The position numbers and the translations under genes were made by a program. DNA of 64,000 nt from an uncultured Planctomycetia bacterium (GTDB lineage: Bacteria > Omnitrophota > Gorgyraeia > Tantalellales > Tantalellaceae). Shown here one piece after another: positions 20,212-29,722 of the stretch (position 1 is the first letter of the stretch; every line of letters starts with the position of its first letter). The stretch lies in assembly GCA_964421015.1 (NCBI GenBank), contig CAYQUS010000001.1, positions 91,819-155,818 on the forward strand, given 5' to 3'. A model generated the notes under the pieces. The model ran no database searches, was not told the DNA's origin, and was given only the letters and a program-made list of their open reading frames with translations.

Positions 20212-21498
20212 TTACCCCTTACCCATATTCTCAAGAAACTCTTTATTCGTCTTGGATTTATGCAACCTGTCGATAAGAAGTTCCATGGCTTCTACAGAGT
20301 CCAGATCGCTGAGAGCCTTGCGCATAAGCCATATTTTCTTGAGTTCGTCCTCCTCGACAAGGAGATCCTCTTTCCTGGTATTGGAACGCTTGATATCTAT
20401 GGCCGGGTATATTCTCCTCTGGAAAAGGTTACGGTCAAGCTGTATCTCCATATTGCCGGTACCTTTAAATTCCTCGAATATCACCTCATCCATTCTGCTG
20501 CCCGTATCCACCAGGGCCGTCGCTATTATAGTAAGGCTCCCGCCCTCTTCTATGTTGCGGGCCGCACCGAAAAACCTTTTTGGTTTATGCAGCGCGTTGG
20601 AATCCACTCCGCCGGAAAGTATCTTGCCAGAATGCGGCACGGTAGAGTTATAGGCCCTTGCGAGCCTTGTTATGGAATCCAGAAGTATGACCACGTCATA
20701 CTTGTGCTCAACCAGCCGCTTGGCTTTGTGCAAAACCATTTCCGCGACTTGTATGTGCCTCTGAGCCTGTTCGTCGAAAGTCGACGCCACCACTTCCGCC
20801 TCGACCGAACGCTGCATGTCGGTAACTTCCTCCGGCCTTTCATCCACAAGAAGTATGATGAGCTTTACCTCAGGGTAGTTCTTGCTTATGCTGTTGGCGA
20901 ACTTCTGGAGAAATACCGTTTTACCGCTGTAGGGCTGGGCCACTATCATCCCTCTCTGCCCTTTACCCACGGGGGTGAGGATATCCATTATCCTCATTGA
21001 TATTTCATCAGGCACGGTTTCCAGCACGAACCTCTTGTTCGGATAAAGCGGCGTCAGGTTCTCGAACAGTATCCGGTTCTTTGCAATCTCAGGGTTCTCG
21101 AAATTCACGGCCTCCACCTTAAGAAGGGCAAAATATCTCTCGCCCTCCTTTGGCGGCCGTATCTGTCCGCTCACGGTGTCTCCGGTTTTAAGGTTGAACC
21201 GTCTTATCTGGGAAGGAGAAACATATATGTCATCTGGACAAGGCAAATAGTTGTAATCGGGGCTCCTCAGGAAACCGAACCCGTCTTCGAGTATTTCCAG
21301 CACTCCTTCCCCGTACGCGAACCCGTCTTTCTCAACCTTGGCCTGAAGTATGCTGAAAATAAGATCATGCTTCTTAAGCCCGCTTATACCGTTTATGTTC
21401 AGCTGTTTGGCCAGTTCCGTAAGTTCGGATATCTTCATATTCTTCAGCTGCACTATATCAAGTTCCTGACCAGCCTTTTTTTTCACTTCTTTTGCCAT
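20212..21498 (-). CDS. rho: Transcription termination factor Rho
   Basis: N-terminal SAP-like domain, OB fold GFGFLR, RecA-like ATPase; 428 aa. Confidence 0.9.
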   Translation of the reverse strand: MAKEVKKKAGQELDIVQLKNMKISELTELAKQLNINGISGLKKHDLIFSILQAKVEKDGFAYGEGVLEILEDGFGFLRSPDYNYLPCPDDIYVSPSQIRRFNLKTGDTVSGQIRPPKEGERYFALLKVEAVNFENPEIAKNRILFENLTPLYPNKRFVLETVPDEISMRIMDILTPVGKGQRGMIVAQPYSGKTVFLQKFANSISKNYPEVKLIILLVDERPEEVTDMQRSVEAEVVASTFDEQAQRHIQVAEMVLHKAKRLVEHKYDVVILLDSITRLARAYNSTVPHSGKILSGGVDSNALHKPKRFFGAARNIEEGGSLTIIATALVDTGSRMDEVIFEEFKGTGNMEIQLDRNLFQRRIYPAIDIKRSNTRKEDLLVEEDELKKIWLMRKALSDLDSVEAMELLIDRLHKSKTNKEFLENMGKG

Positions 21499-22073
21499 AC
21501 CTTTTTCACTCCTTCTTTGAGTTTTTCTACGCTTTTTTCGTTCTCTATGACATAATCAGCCCTTTTTACCTTCTCTTCAGAAGACATCTGGCTGTCCATA
21601 ATAGCTCTCGCGGTTTTCTCCGGCATCCCCCTGGACACCGCTCTTTTAAGGCAGGTTTTCTCGCTTGCGTTAACCACGACCGACATATCGGTCTGCTTAT
21701 CGAGCCCGCTCTCGAAAAGAAGAGGCGCGTCAACCACCACATCTCCCGGCGCCTCGTCCACGGCTTTTTTTATCCTGCTTATTATCTTCGGGTGCATTAT
21801 CCCGCAAAGTTTCCCCAGAAGCTCCTTGTTAAAAAAAACTATCGAAGCCAGTTTTTCCCTGTTTACCGCCCCCGAAACCATAACTTCGGTACCGAAGATC
21901 TCTGTTATTTCCTTTTGTGTATCCGCGTCTTTATCCAAAAGCTCATGGGCTATAGCGTCGGCGTCTATGACCGTTGCCCCCAGAGCCGCAAACTCCCTGG
22001 CCGCTGTTGTTTTTCCGGATGAAAGGCTGCCGGTCAGGCCTATTACTCTCTTTTTTCGCTTCATTATCAGCAT
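21483..22073 (-). CDS. coaE: Dephospho-CoA kinase
   Basis: [15 protein letters not shown]-loop, 196 aa. Confidence 0.85.
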   Translation of the reverse strand: MLIMKRKKRVIGLTGSLSSGKTTAAREFAALGATVIDADAIAHELLDKDADTQKEITEIFGTEVMVSGAVNREKLASIVFFNKELLGKLCGIMHPKIISRIKKAVDEAPGDVVVDAPLLFESGLDKQTDMSVVVNASEKTCLKRAVSRGMPEKTARAIMDSQMSSEEKVKRADYVIENEKSVEKLKEGVKKVWQKK

Positions 22074-24712
22074 TCCACAGGCTCCATATCACGCCAGTTA
22101 GGCCCGGATTCCACATTGACCCTGAGAGGCACCTTAAGAGAGACCACCTCTTCCATTATTTTCCTGATATCAGAAGCGTCCTCTTTATACGTTTTCTTCG
22201 GGGTGTCAAAAACCAGCTCGTCATGCACCTGTATTATCATCGTTGTGCCCGTTCCCATGAACTTTTCCCGGCACTTTATCATCGCCATTTTTATTATGTC
22301 TGCGGCCGTACCCTGCACCGCGGTATTAACGGCGGCCCTTTCCGCGAAAGACCGTACCTTATCGTTCAAACTTGTTATGCCCGGGAGATACCTGCGCCTG
22401 CCGAAAAGAGTGGTCACGTATCCGTCTTTCCTGGTCCTGTCTATTGTCTTCGAGATAAAATCATTTATGCCGCTGTATCGGCTGAAATACGCAGATATGA
22501 AATCTTCCGCCTCTTTTACCGGTATACCCAGCGCGCCGGCAAGACCAAAAGCTCCCATACCGTAAATTATCCCGAAATTCACTGTCTTAGCGGCGGACCT
22601 CATCTCATACGTGACTTTTTCCATATCGCACCCGTATATGAGAGACGCGGTAAAAACATGCACATCCAGTTCTTCCTTGAAGGCACCTGTAAGCATCGGA
22701 TCTGCCGACAAGTGAGCCAGCACCCTAAGCTCCACCTGAGAGTAATCCGCGGCCACAAGAACGTTCTCGATTTTGCGGGGCTTGAAGGCCCTGCGTATTT
22801 CCCTTCCCACTTCCGTCTTAACGGGTATATTCTGCAGGTTGGGCTCGCTGGAGGAAAGCCGCCCCGTGGACGTCACCGCCTGATTGAATTTCGCGTGAAG
22901 CATTGCGTCCTTTGTATCGGTGAAAGTCAGGATCGAATCATAGTATCCCGTTTTGAGCTTGCTCAAACGCCGGTATTCAAGTATCTTACCGGGCAGTTCG
23001 TGCAGCTTGGAAAGTTTTTTAAGAGCCTCTTCGTCTGTGCTCCTGCCTGTCTTTATCTTCTTCCCGGCTGGCAGAGAAAGCTTTACATACAGGATATCCT
23101 GTATCTGTTTAGGCGAGTTTATATTGAATTCTTCCCCGGCCAGAGCGTACGCTTTGCGGACCAAACTGGCGAGCTCTTCTTCTATCCTTTCGGCGCCTTG
23201 TTTCAAAAGATCTAAGTCAAGCTTCACTCCGGCGGTTTCCATATCGGCCAGCACTTCCACAAGAGGCATTTCCACGTCGCGGAACAGGCTGTACAATTCC
23301 TTTTCCTTAAGCCCCTTTTCAAGCGGTCCTGTTAGCCTGAAGACGGCATCGCACATCATACAGGCCTTCAGGATGTCTTTCTCGGCCAAAAGATCTTCCA
23401 CAAGGTCTTCTCCTCCGCTCTTAGCGCGGGAAGAAGACTTATCCGAAGTTAAGGCCATACCGTGACGCGCAGCTATGTCCGCAAGAGAGTACCCCGAAAA
23501 AGAAGGGTCCAGAAGATAATCAGCCATCATAACGTCAAAAAACGGCATTTTTATTTCCACTCCGGCTTTCCCAAATAGACGCATGTCCCTTTTTATGTCG
23601 TGCCCGGCCTTGACTACGCCCCTAGCCCCGGCCACAGTGGAAAGCGCTTTAAGAGCCTCTTCGCGAAACGCCGCGTTCTTTTCAAGATCCGCGTAAAATA
23701 CCTCTCCTTCGGAAAAAGACAAGGCATATCCAACCAGACCGTTATCTGCCCGGATCGAAACAACCGGAGACTTTACAGCCGACGATACCATTTTTTTGAG
23801 ATCTTCAATGGTTGAAAGAACCGTCATTTTAACACTGGGAACTTCTGGGACTTCCAGTTCCTTTAAAAGTTTAGTGAACTCCATTTCCCTGAAGATCTCC
23901 CTGAGGGAATCGCTGTCCGGCTCTTCCAGCGAAGCCGGTATTTTTTCGTCCCCGAGCGGTACATCATGGTCCAGTATCGCCAGATCCCTGCTCAAAAAAG
24001 CCGATTCTCTGCCTTCTTCAAGTTTTTTACGTACAGATACCGGCAGAACGCTCTGAAGATCGTCATATACCTTCTCCAGGCTCCCGAATTCCCTTATAAG
24101 CTTACCGGCGGTAACCCTGCCTATACCTTTCACCCCCGGAATATTGTCGCTTGAGTCTCCCATAAGCGCCATAAGGTCGGTCATTCTCTCCGGCGGAACC
24201 CCGAATTTCTCGACCACTCCCTCAGCGTCATAAAGTTTGTCCCCGACGGGATGGGGCGAAAGCACCTTCACGCGGTCTCCCACAAGCTGGAGAGCATCCT
24301 TATCCCCCGTGACTATTGTGACGTTAAATCCTTTCTTCAGGGCTCTACGGGTCAATGTCGCTATTACGTCATCAGCCTCATAGCCGGTTTTCTCAAAAAT
24401 GGGCATCCTGTATGCCTCTACCACCGACTTTATGGTGTCCATCTGCGAAACAAGATCCTCAGGCATGGGAGACCTGTTTTCCTTGTACTTCTCATATTTT
24501 TTGTGCCGCTCAGTTTCCCCCGGAAGATCAAAGGCCACCAGAACGCTTTTGGGAGAATAATCCTTCATTATCTTCCTGATCATGGCTATAAAGCCGTAAA
24601 CAGCGTTGGTCGGGACCCCTTTTGAAGTAGAAAGCTGAGGTATGGCGTAATACGCCCTGTAACACAAAGAGTTTCCGTCTATGAGGAATATGTCGCTTTT
24701 TTCTTTATTCAT
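22067..24712 (-). CDS. polA: DNA polymerase I
   Basis: 881 aa; 5'-nuclease N-terminus (IFLIDGNSLCYRAYYA), polymerase motifs (DYSQVELR, QVHDELVF). Confidence 0.9.
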   Translation of the reverse strand: MNKEKSDIFLIDGNSLCYRAYYAIPQLSTSKGVPTNAVYGFIAMIRKIMKDYSPKSVLVAFDLPGETERHKKYEKYKENRSPMPEDLVSQMDTIKSVVEAYRMPIFEKTGYEADDVIATLTRRALKKGFNVTIVTGDKDALQLVGDRVKVLSPHPVGDKLYDAEGVVEKFGVPPERMTDLMALMGDSSDNIPGVKGIGRVTAGKLIREFGSLEKVYDDLQSVLPVSVRKKLEEGRESAFLSRDLAILDHDVPLGDEKIPASLEEPDSDSLREIFREMEFTKLLKELEVPEVPSVKMTVLSTIEDLKKMVSSAVKSPVVSIRADNGLVGYALSFSEGEVFYADLEKNAAFREEALKALSTVAGARGVVKAGHDIKRDMRLFGKAGVEIKMPFFDVMMADYLLDPSFSGYSLADIAARHGMALTSDKSSSRAKSGGEDLVEDLLAEKDILKACMMCDAVFRLTGPLEKGLKEKELYSLFRDVEMPLVEVLADMETAGVKLDLDLLKQGAERIEEELASLVRKAYALAGEEFNINSPKQIQDILYVKLSLPAGKKIKTGRSTDEEALKKLSKLHELPGKILEYRRLSKLKTGYYDSILTFTDTKDAMLHAKFNQAVTSTGRLSSSEPNLQNIPVKTEVGREIRRAFKPRKIENVLVAADYSQVELRVLAHLSADPMLTGAFKEELDVHVFTASLIYGCDMEKVTYEMRSAAKTVNFGIIYGMGAFGLAGALGIPVKEAEDFISAYFSRYSGINDFISKTIDRTRKDGYVTTLFGRRRYLPGITSLNDKVRSFAERAAVNTAVQGTAADIIKMAMIKCREKFMGTGTTMIIQVHDELVFDTPKKTYKEDASDIRKIMEEVVSLKVPLRVNVESGPNWRDMEPVEC

Positions 24713-24863
24713 TACCGGGATTTTATATGGATCGGACGCGCCCTGTGAAATTTAATTTAAGGATGGTATAGTTTTAACTGAAAAAATAAATCCACCTGTC
24801 GGATACAAGACCTGTACTGGGATCATTATCGGAGAGTGAACGATCAAACCTGGTACATCCGCA

Positions 24864-24891
24864 ATTATACCCCTCCCTGTCCGGTTGTCAA
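24864..24891 (-). promoter_or_regulatory. Perfect-consensus sigma70 promoter (TTGACA-N17-TATAAT) on minus strand, about 145 nt upstream of polA
   Basis: Minus strand reads TTGACAaccggacagggaggggTATAAT; -35 at 24886-24891, -10 at 24864-24869. Confidence 0.45.
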
Positions 24892-24914
24892 GGAATATGT
24901 CGCCATTCCGTCTT

Positions 24915-25277
24915 TTATCCCATGAATATCACTGCCAGCAGTATACCGGCTATCGCCGCCGACAAAATATAAAAATCGTTGAAATAAAAGAAATCGCTTA
25001 CCGATTCGAAAAAATTGTTGCCGCGTTCTATCACGGGTCTGCCGCTCTTCTTGCCCGGAGATTGCGCCGCCGCCGGGATCTTCTGCCTGGGAGAATCGTC
25101 CACGCGCGCGTCTATCTCCCTTCTCATGGCGTCTATCTGCTCTTTTCTGAAACGGAGAAGTTCACCGCCTATGCGGTAAGCGGGTATCACCCTATCCTCA
25201 ACAAGACGGGTAAGCCTATCTTCCGGGACCCTCAGGTATTCGGAGAGTTCCCGCAAAGTCATGAGTTTTTCGGGCAT
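24915..25277 (-). CDS. Tail-anchored helix-turn-helix protein (N-terminal excisionase/MerR-like HTH_17, C-terminal transmembrane helix)
   Basis: MTLRELSEYLRVPEDRLTRLVEDRVIPAYRIGGELLRFRKEQIDAM HTH_17-like; C-terminus FYILSAAIAGILLAVIFMG hydrophobic helix. Confidence 0.6.
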   Translation of the reverse strand: MPEKLMTLRELSEYLRVPEDRLTRLVEDRVIPAYRIGGELLRFRKEQIDAMRREIDARVDDSPRQKIPAAAQSPGKKSGRPVIERGNNFFESVSDFFYFNDFYILSAAIAGILLAVIFMG

Positions 25278-25278
25278 A

Positions 25279-25866
25279 CTAGACCTTTACCTTCCCTTCG
25301 GATATCCACTGGTCCACCTTGGCGCGCTCGAACACCCATTCTCCGCCTTCTTTAGTTCCAGGCAAAAGACCGTTGGTGGCCCACTCGTTTATCTTGATAG
25401 AATCTACCTCAAGGTATTTAGCGAGCTGGGTCATGTTCATCCAGTCACCTCTGGTCCCGGAAGAATTGACCATAAATCCAGGCATATGTATGTTCCCGGA
25501 AATAAAAGCGCCTTCCGAAATTGATATCCTGGGGGTTTCGACATCACCTGTAACTCTTGCCGTGCTCTCGAGCTTAAGCAGAGTAGTGGCTTTAACATTA
25601 CCTGTTATGGTCCCTGACACGGAAATGGTCTCGCCGGTTATATTGGCTTTAACTTCCGCGCGGTCTCCGACCATAAGACGGCCCTTAATATCCAGGGTGC
25701 CCTCGAACTTCCCGTTTATGCGAAGATTAACGGGATCATCGAAACGTAAAGTTCCCTGCATGCTGGCATTAACGTCAAGGACCTTTTCCTCCGGGACCGG
25801 TACCACGGGTTCGTTTCTTCTTTTCATGTAAGCCTCCTCTTTTAATTGCGGAGCGGTTTTCTTCAA
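25279..25866 (-). CDS. Bactofilin-domain protein fused to a C-terminal HTH_17 (excisionase-like) DNA-binding domain
   Basis: Central beta-helix repeats GTLDIKGRLMVGDRAEVKANITGETISVSGTITGNVKA..VTGDVETPRISISEGAFISGNIHMPG (bactofilin/DUF583-like); C-terminal MNMTQLAKYLEVDSIKINEWATNGLLPGTKEGGEWVFERAKVDQWI paralogous to the HTH of the adjacent gene. Confidence 0.7.
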   Translation of the reverse strand: MKKTAPQLKEEAYMKRRNEPVVPVPEEKVLDVNASMQGTLRFDDPVNLRINGKFEGTLDIKGRLMVGDRAEVKANITGETISVSGTITGNVKATTLLKLESTARVTGDVETPRISISEGAFISGNIHMPGFMVNSSGTRGDWMNMTQLAKYLEVDSIKINEWATNGLLPGTKEGGEWVFERAKVDQWISEGKVKV

Positions 25867-25885
25867 GCCTTAAGACACTATATAC

Positions 25886-26368
25886 CTATCTTCCCGTTCT
25901 TTCAGTATCTTTTTTCCCGTTCAACTTCCGTATAAGGTCATCCCTGCGTGCCTCGAATTTTTCCTGTAACGTCGAAAAAACAAGAACCACAAGCACCACG
26001 ACTGTCGTCATTACCGCCGCGCCGTACATCCCTGCTCCCACCGACAGACCTATGGCCGCCACTACCCAGACACTTGCGGCGGTGGTAAGCCCCTTTATGG
26101 ACTCACCATACCTCATTATGGCCCCCGCCCCTAGAAATCCTATTCCGGTGACCACGCCGGCCGCTATCCTCGAAGGGTCCACAGCGCCCGCCGACGAATA
26201 AGTTACCGCAACGGATATGGATGTAAGCATAAAAAGAGTCGATCCGAGACATACAAGTATGTGCGTCCGGAACCCGGCGGCCCTTTTGTGTATCTCTCGC
26301 TCGATCCCTATAACTGCCGAAAGGATAGTAGATATCGCCAGCCTGAGCGCTATATCACCCAACGTCAT
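25886..26368 (-). CDS. mgtC: MgtC/SapB family membrane protein
   Basis: LAISTILSAVIGIEREIHKRAAGFRTHILVCLGSTLFM typical MgtC N-terminus. Confidence 0.8.
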   Translation of the reverse strand: MTLGDIALRLAISTILSAVIGIEREIHKRAAGFRTHILVCLGSTLFMLTSISVAVTYSSAGAVDPSRIAAGVVTGIGFLGAGAIMRYGESIKGLTTAASVWVVAAIGLSVGAGMYGAAVMTTVVVLVVLVFSTLQEKFEARRDDLIRKLNGKKDTERTGR

Positions 26369-26405
26369 AAAGATCTCCTTTCCGGTTACAGTAACGTATG
26401 CCGCG

Positions 26406-27413
26406 CTAAAACTCGCCTAATTCCACGTTCATGAGGTCGTCCGACCTGAACCCATCCGCGAATAACCTCTCGCCCAGAACTCCTATCATGGCGGCGTTAT
26501 CGGAACAGTATTTCCGTAGTGGCAGGTAAAGATCGATACCGTTTCTTGAGCAGACATCTTTTAGGGCAGTTCTCAGGGCGGTGTTGTTAACTACCCCTCC
26601 TCCTACCGCGAGAGTCCTTGATCCTACGGAACTCACAGCCCTCAGCATTTTTTTACATATAACGTCCACCACGGCTTCCTGGAAAGAATAACATATTCTT
26701 TGGATTTCTGCATCGTTTTTTTCCGAATCTTTCCACTTATACATCACGGCTGTTTTAATACCGCTGAAACTGAAGTCCAGGTTGTGAGGGTCCTGCATAA
26801 GAGCCCTTGGAAAAACTATCTTGTCACTACCCGAGAAGTTCCCGGCAGCTCTCTCAACAGCCGGACCTCCGGGATATCCAAGGCCAAGGACCTTACCCAC
26901 CTTATCAAAGGCTTCCCCCACGGCGTCATCGACAGTACGCCCTATGACCGACACATCGCTTATGGACCTTACCATAAGCGAGCTCGTGTGTCCTCCGGAT
27001 ATGACCATGCCCGTGAAGGGATATTCAATGCCGTCAAGCCCGTTTTCATTTTCCAAAAAACATGAAAAAACATGTCCAATGATGTGGTTGACCCCGATCA
27101 TAGGTATCCCCAGAGCAATGCTTAACGCTTTGCCAAAAGCTATACCGACGAGCAAAGAACCTGCCAACCCGGGACCTTTTGTGACAGCCACAAGATCAAT
27201 ATCATTGACCGAACAAGCCGCGTCTTTAAGGGCTTTTTCGGCCACTGAAAAAATATACTCGGTATGATACCGGGAAGCTATCTCCGGGACAACCCCTCCG
27301 TAGGCCGCGTGAAGCTGCACGCTCGAGGAAACTTCGCTTGAAAGGACCCTCCCGTCCCTCACGACCGCAACGGCGGTCTCATCGCATGATGTCTCTATCC
27401 CGAGCGTAAGCAT
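26406..27413 (-). CDS. tsaD: tRNA N6-adenosine threonylcarbamoyltransferase
   Basis: MLTLGIETSCDETAVAVV and HxxGH metal motif; 335 aa. Confidence 0.9.
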   Translation of the reverse strand: MLTLGIETSCDETAVAVVRDGRVLSSEVSSSVQLHAAYGGVVPEIASRYHTEYIFSVAEKALKDAACSVNDIDLVAVTKGPGLAGSLLVGIAFGKALSIALGIPMIGVNHIIGHVFSCFLENENGLDGIEYPFTGMVISGGHTSSLMVRSISDVSVIGRTVDDAVGEAFDKVGKVLGLGYPGGPAVERAAGNFSGSDKIVFPRALMQDPHNLDFSFSGIKTAVMYKWKDSEKNDAEIQRICYSFQEAVVDVICKKMLRAVSSVGSRTLAVGGGVVNNTALRTALKDVCSRNGIDLYLPLRKYCSDNAAMIGVLGERLFADGFRSDDLMNVELGEF

Positions 27414-27443
27414 ATGGTCCCGTGTCCCCCCGGCGAACTTAGA

Positions 27444-28346
27444 TCAAAGACCGTCGATAGCCGTTATTTTAACGCCTCGGCTCTTCAGCCCGGGTAGAGC
27501 CGCTTTCAGAGCCGCTATTGTGTTTTTTCTGTCGTGGCCTATCGCCACGGCCTTTCCCTTTTTGATGGCTATATCTGCCGCTTCGTTTATTTTGGAAACT
27601 ATGTAAGGTATCTCCGACTGGTTATCCAGGAAAATATCCCTGCGGTAATATTTAACACCCTTAAGTGAGGCTTCTTCCCGGCACACGGATCCGGCTGTGG
27701 TCAGAGAGTCCAGAAAAAAAAGACCTCTCTTTTTAAGAGCTTTCATAAGAGCAGCGGAAGCCGTCCTGTCGCCTGTCGCCCTTGACCCCATGTGATTTGA
27801 TACACCTCTGGCGTAAGGGACAGTCTTTAACGCAACGTCAAGTATGAAATCGGCATCATCTTCTCCCATCCCGGCCATTAGCGTATTTTTTTCCCTGGCC
27901 CACGTCTTGGCCTCGGGCTCCATGGGAAGATGCAGAACTATTCCCATACCGTTGTCCCTGGCAAAAACCGCCGCTTCGCTGGAATGTTCAAGCCCGGGAA
28001 GTATAGCCAGCGTTATGGGTTCTTTCAGGGAACGCATTTCCTCAAAATTAGATCTGGTATACCCCGCGTCGTCAATGACCACTGCCATAAGAGCCCGGTA
28101 CGTTTCCTTTTTTTCTTCAGGTACGGCCGGGACAGCTCTGGGGACATCGACCTCTTTTTCAATACGTTCGGCTTTTTTAACTGCATCTTTTTTTACATCG
28201 ACGGGTTTTTGCCCGATAACCGGCTGTGTCTTCTCAAAAGAGACGTTCCGCCCGACAAAAAAAGCCAGTACTATGAGCGCCAGCAACCCGCCGGCAAAAA
28301 ACTGTATAAGATACTTGCCGGCCTTTAAATTCTTTTTCCTGCTCAA
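27444..28346 (-). CDS. Divergent polysaccharide deacetylase family protein (YibQ-like)
   Basis: N-terminal TM then ALMAVVIDDAGY..LAILPGLEHS..HLPMEP motifs of the YibQ/DUF610 family. Confidence 0.7.
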   Translation of the reverse strand: MSRKKNLKAGKYLIQFFAGGLLALIVLAFFVGRNVSFEKTQPVIGQKPVDVKKDAVKKAERIEKEVDVPRAVPAVPEEKKETYRALMAVVIDDAGYTRSNFEEMRSLKEPITLAILPGLEHSSEAAVFARDNGMGIVLHLPMEPEAKTWAREKNTLMAGMGEDDADFILDVALKTVPYARGVSNHMGSRATGDRTASAALMKALKKRGLFFLDSLTTAGSVCREEASLKGVKYYRRDIFLDNQSEIPYIVSKINEAADIAIKKGKAVAIGHDRKNTIAALKAALPGLKSRGVKITAIDGL

Positions 28347-29722
28347 TTATCAGCTCCCGCCTTTTCCGAAGTTGCTTCTTCTTTTTTCTTTCTATTTGCC
28401 TCAAAAACCCTTGCCCCCCTCAAAATGTTGACCGCCGTTCTTATCTGCTCGTCCTCCATTTCCTTTTCCTCGGCAGCCTCCCGGGTTTTATCGTTTTTCC
28501 CGTCAGGCAGAGTTATGTCTTTCTCTATTCTTTCGAACACCCGTGTCTTTTCGTCAGCGTCCGCAGGCTCGTCCGATCCTTTAGGGCCTCTTCTGTCCGA
28601 AGAAGTGACGATTATATCGGGCTCTATCCCCTTATCCATAAGGTTTCGCCCGGAGGGGGTGTAATACGCCGCTGTGGTGAGCCTTAAAGCGGCTTTATCC
28701 CTTAACGGTATCACCGTTTGCACAGACCCCTTCCCGAAACTTGTCTCTCCTACAAGAAGAGCCTTATTGTTGTCCCCTAAAGCTCCGGCCACTATCTCAG
28801 CCGCGCTGGCTGATCCTTTGTTTATGAGAACAACTATGTTCATATCGGAGTGCTCGGGGTCTTTCCTGGATAAAAATTCCGTCCTATCGGAAACCTCACG
28901 TCCTTCGGTATAAACAATAAGCGTTCCCTTCTCCAGGAACTTCTCCGAAACCTCGATAGCGGAATCCAGAAGCCCTCCGGGGTTATTCCTCAGATCAAGC
29001 ACAAGGCCCTTTGCTCCCTTTTTTTTCATGTCCCAAAGCGCCGAATCCATATCGCGGGCTGTCCTTTCCTGGAACTCTACAAGCTTAATGTAAGCTATGT
29101 CTCCGGAAAGTATTTTAGCCTCCTTAACGCTTTTGAGCTTGATAACGGCTCTTTTAAGTGTCATGTCGGACATTTCTCCGTCCTCGCTCATCACTGTTAT
29201 CGACACCTCTGTGCCGGGAACTCCTCTAAGCTTGCGAACTGCCTCATCAAGTGTTATGTCCCGGGTGATGTCCCCGTTTATTTTCACTACCTTGTCTCCG
29301 GCGGATATTCCCGACTCCGCCGCGGGGGTTCCTTCTATGGGTGTTATGACTGTCAAAAAACCCTCCCTGATACCTATCTCTACCCCTATCCCGCCGAACT
29401 CGCCCTTTGTCTCCTCCCTTATATCCTGAAAACTTTCTTCGTCGAGGAACTGGCTGTACCCGTCAAGCGTCTGCATCATTCCGCGTATGGCGCCGTATAC
29501 GAGATCTTTGATCTCCACTTTTTTCACATAATCCGAATTTATAAGGGTTATAGCGTCCGAGAACATCTGTATCCTTTTAAAGAGCTCCGCGGACCCGGAA
29601 CCCGCTTTAACATCGGCAGCCCCCGATACGAAAGCCCCGATGATCAGTAAGGAAACTATGACGAACAAAGAGACTCCCAGGTTTTTACTTAAAACTTTTC
29701 CATCCGCCCCGCGTCTACTCAT
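28343..29722 (-). CDS. ctpA: Carboxyl-terminal processing protease (peptidase S41, PDZ-containing)
   Basis: PDZ (GISAGDKVVKING) and S41 catalytic region VVLINKGSASAAEIVAGAL..GETSFGKGSVQT. Confidence 0.85.
   Translation of the reverse strand: MSRRGADGKVLSKNLGVSLFVIVSLLIIGAFVSGAADVKAGSGSAELFKRIQMFSDAITLINSDYVKKVEIKDLVYGAIRGMMQTLDGYSQFLDEESFQDIREETKGEFGGIGVEIGIREGFLTVITPIEGTPAAESGISAGDKVVKINGDITRDITLDEAVRKLRGVPGTEVSITVMSEDGEMSDMTLKRAVIKLKSVKEAKILSGDIAYIKLVEFQERTARDMDSALWDMKKKGAKGLVLDLRNNPGGLLDSAIEVSEKFLEKGTLIVYTEGREVSDRTEFLSRKDPEHSDMNIVVLINKGSASAAEIVAGALGDNNKALLVGETSFGKGSVQTVIPLRDKAALRLTTAAYYTPSGRNLMDKGIEPDIIVTSSDRRGPKGSDEPADADEKTRVFERIEKDITLPDGKNDKTREAAEEKEMEDEQIRTAVNILRGARVFEANRKKKEEATSEKAGADN

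Noticed and set aside
21974-23215. 413-aa plus-strand ORF (and similar long plus-strand ORFs at 3890-4720, 14857-15849, 39415-40332, 47409-48140, 8855-9514)
   Set aside because: Each is antisense to a confidently identified minus-strand gene (polA, HD-GYP/hflC, rnhB/rplS, argS, giant pilin, DRTGG protein). They have low-complexity, Arg/Ser/Pro-rich translations typical of antisense frames and no recognisable domains.
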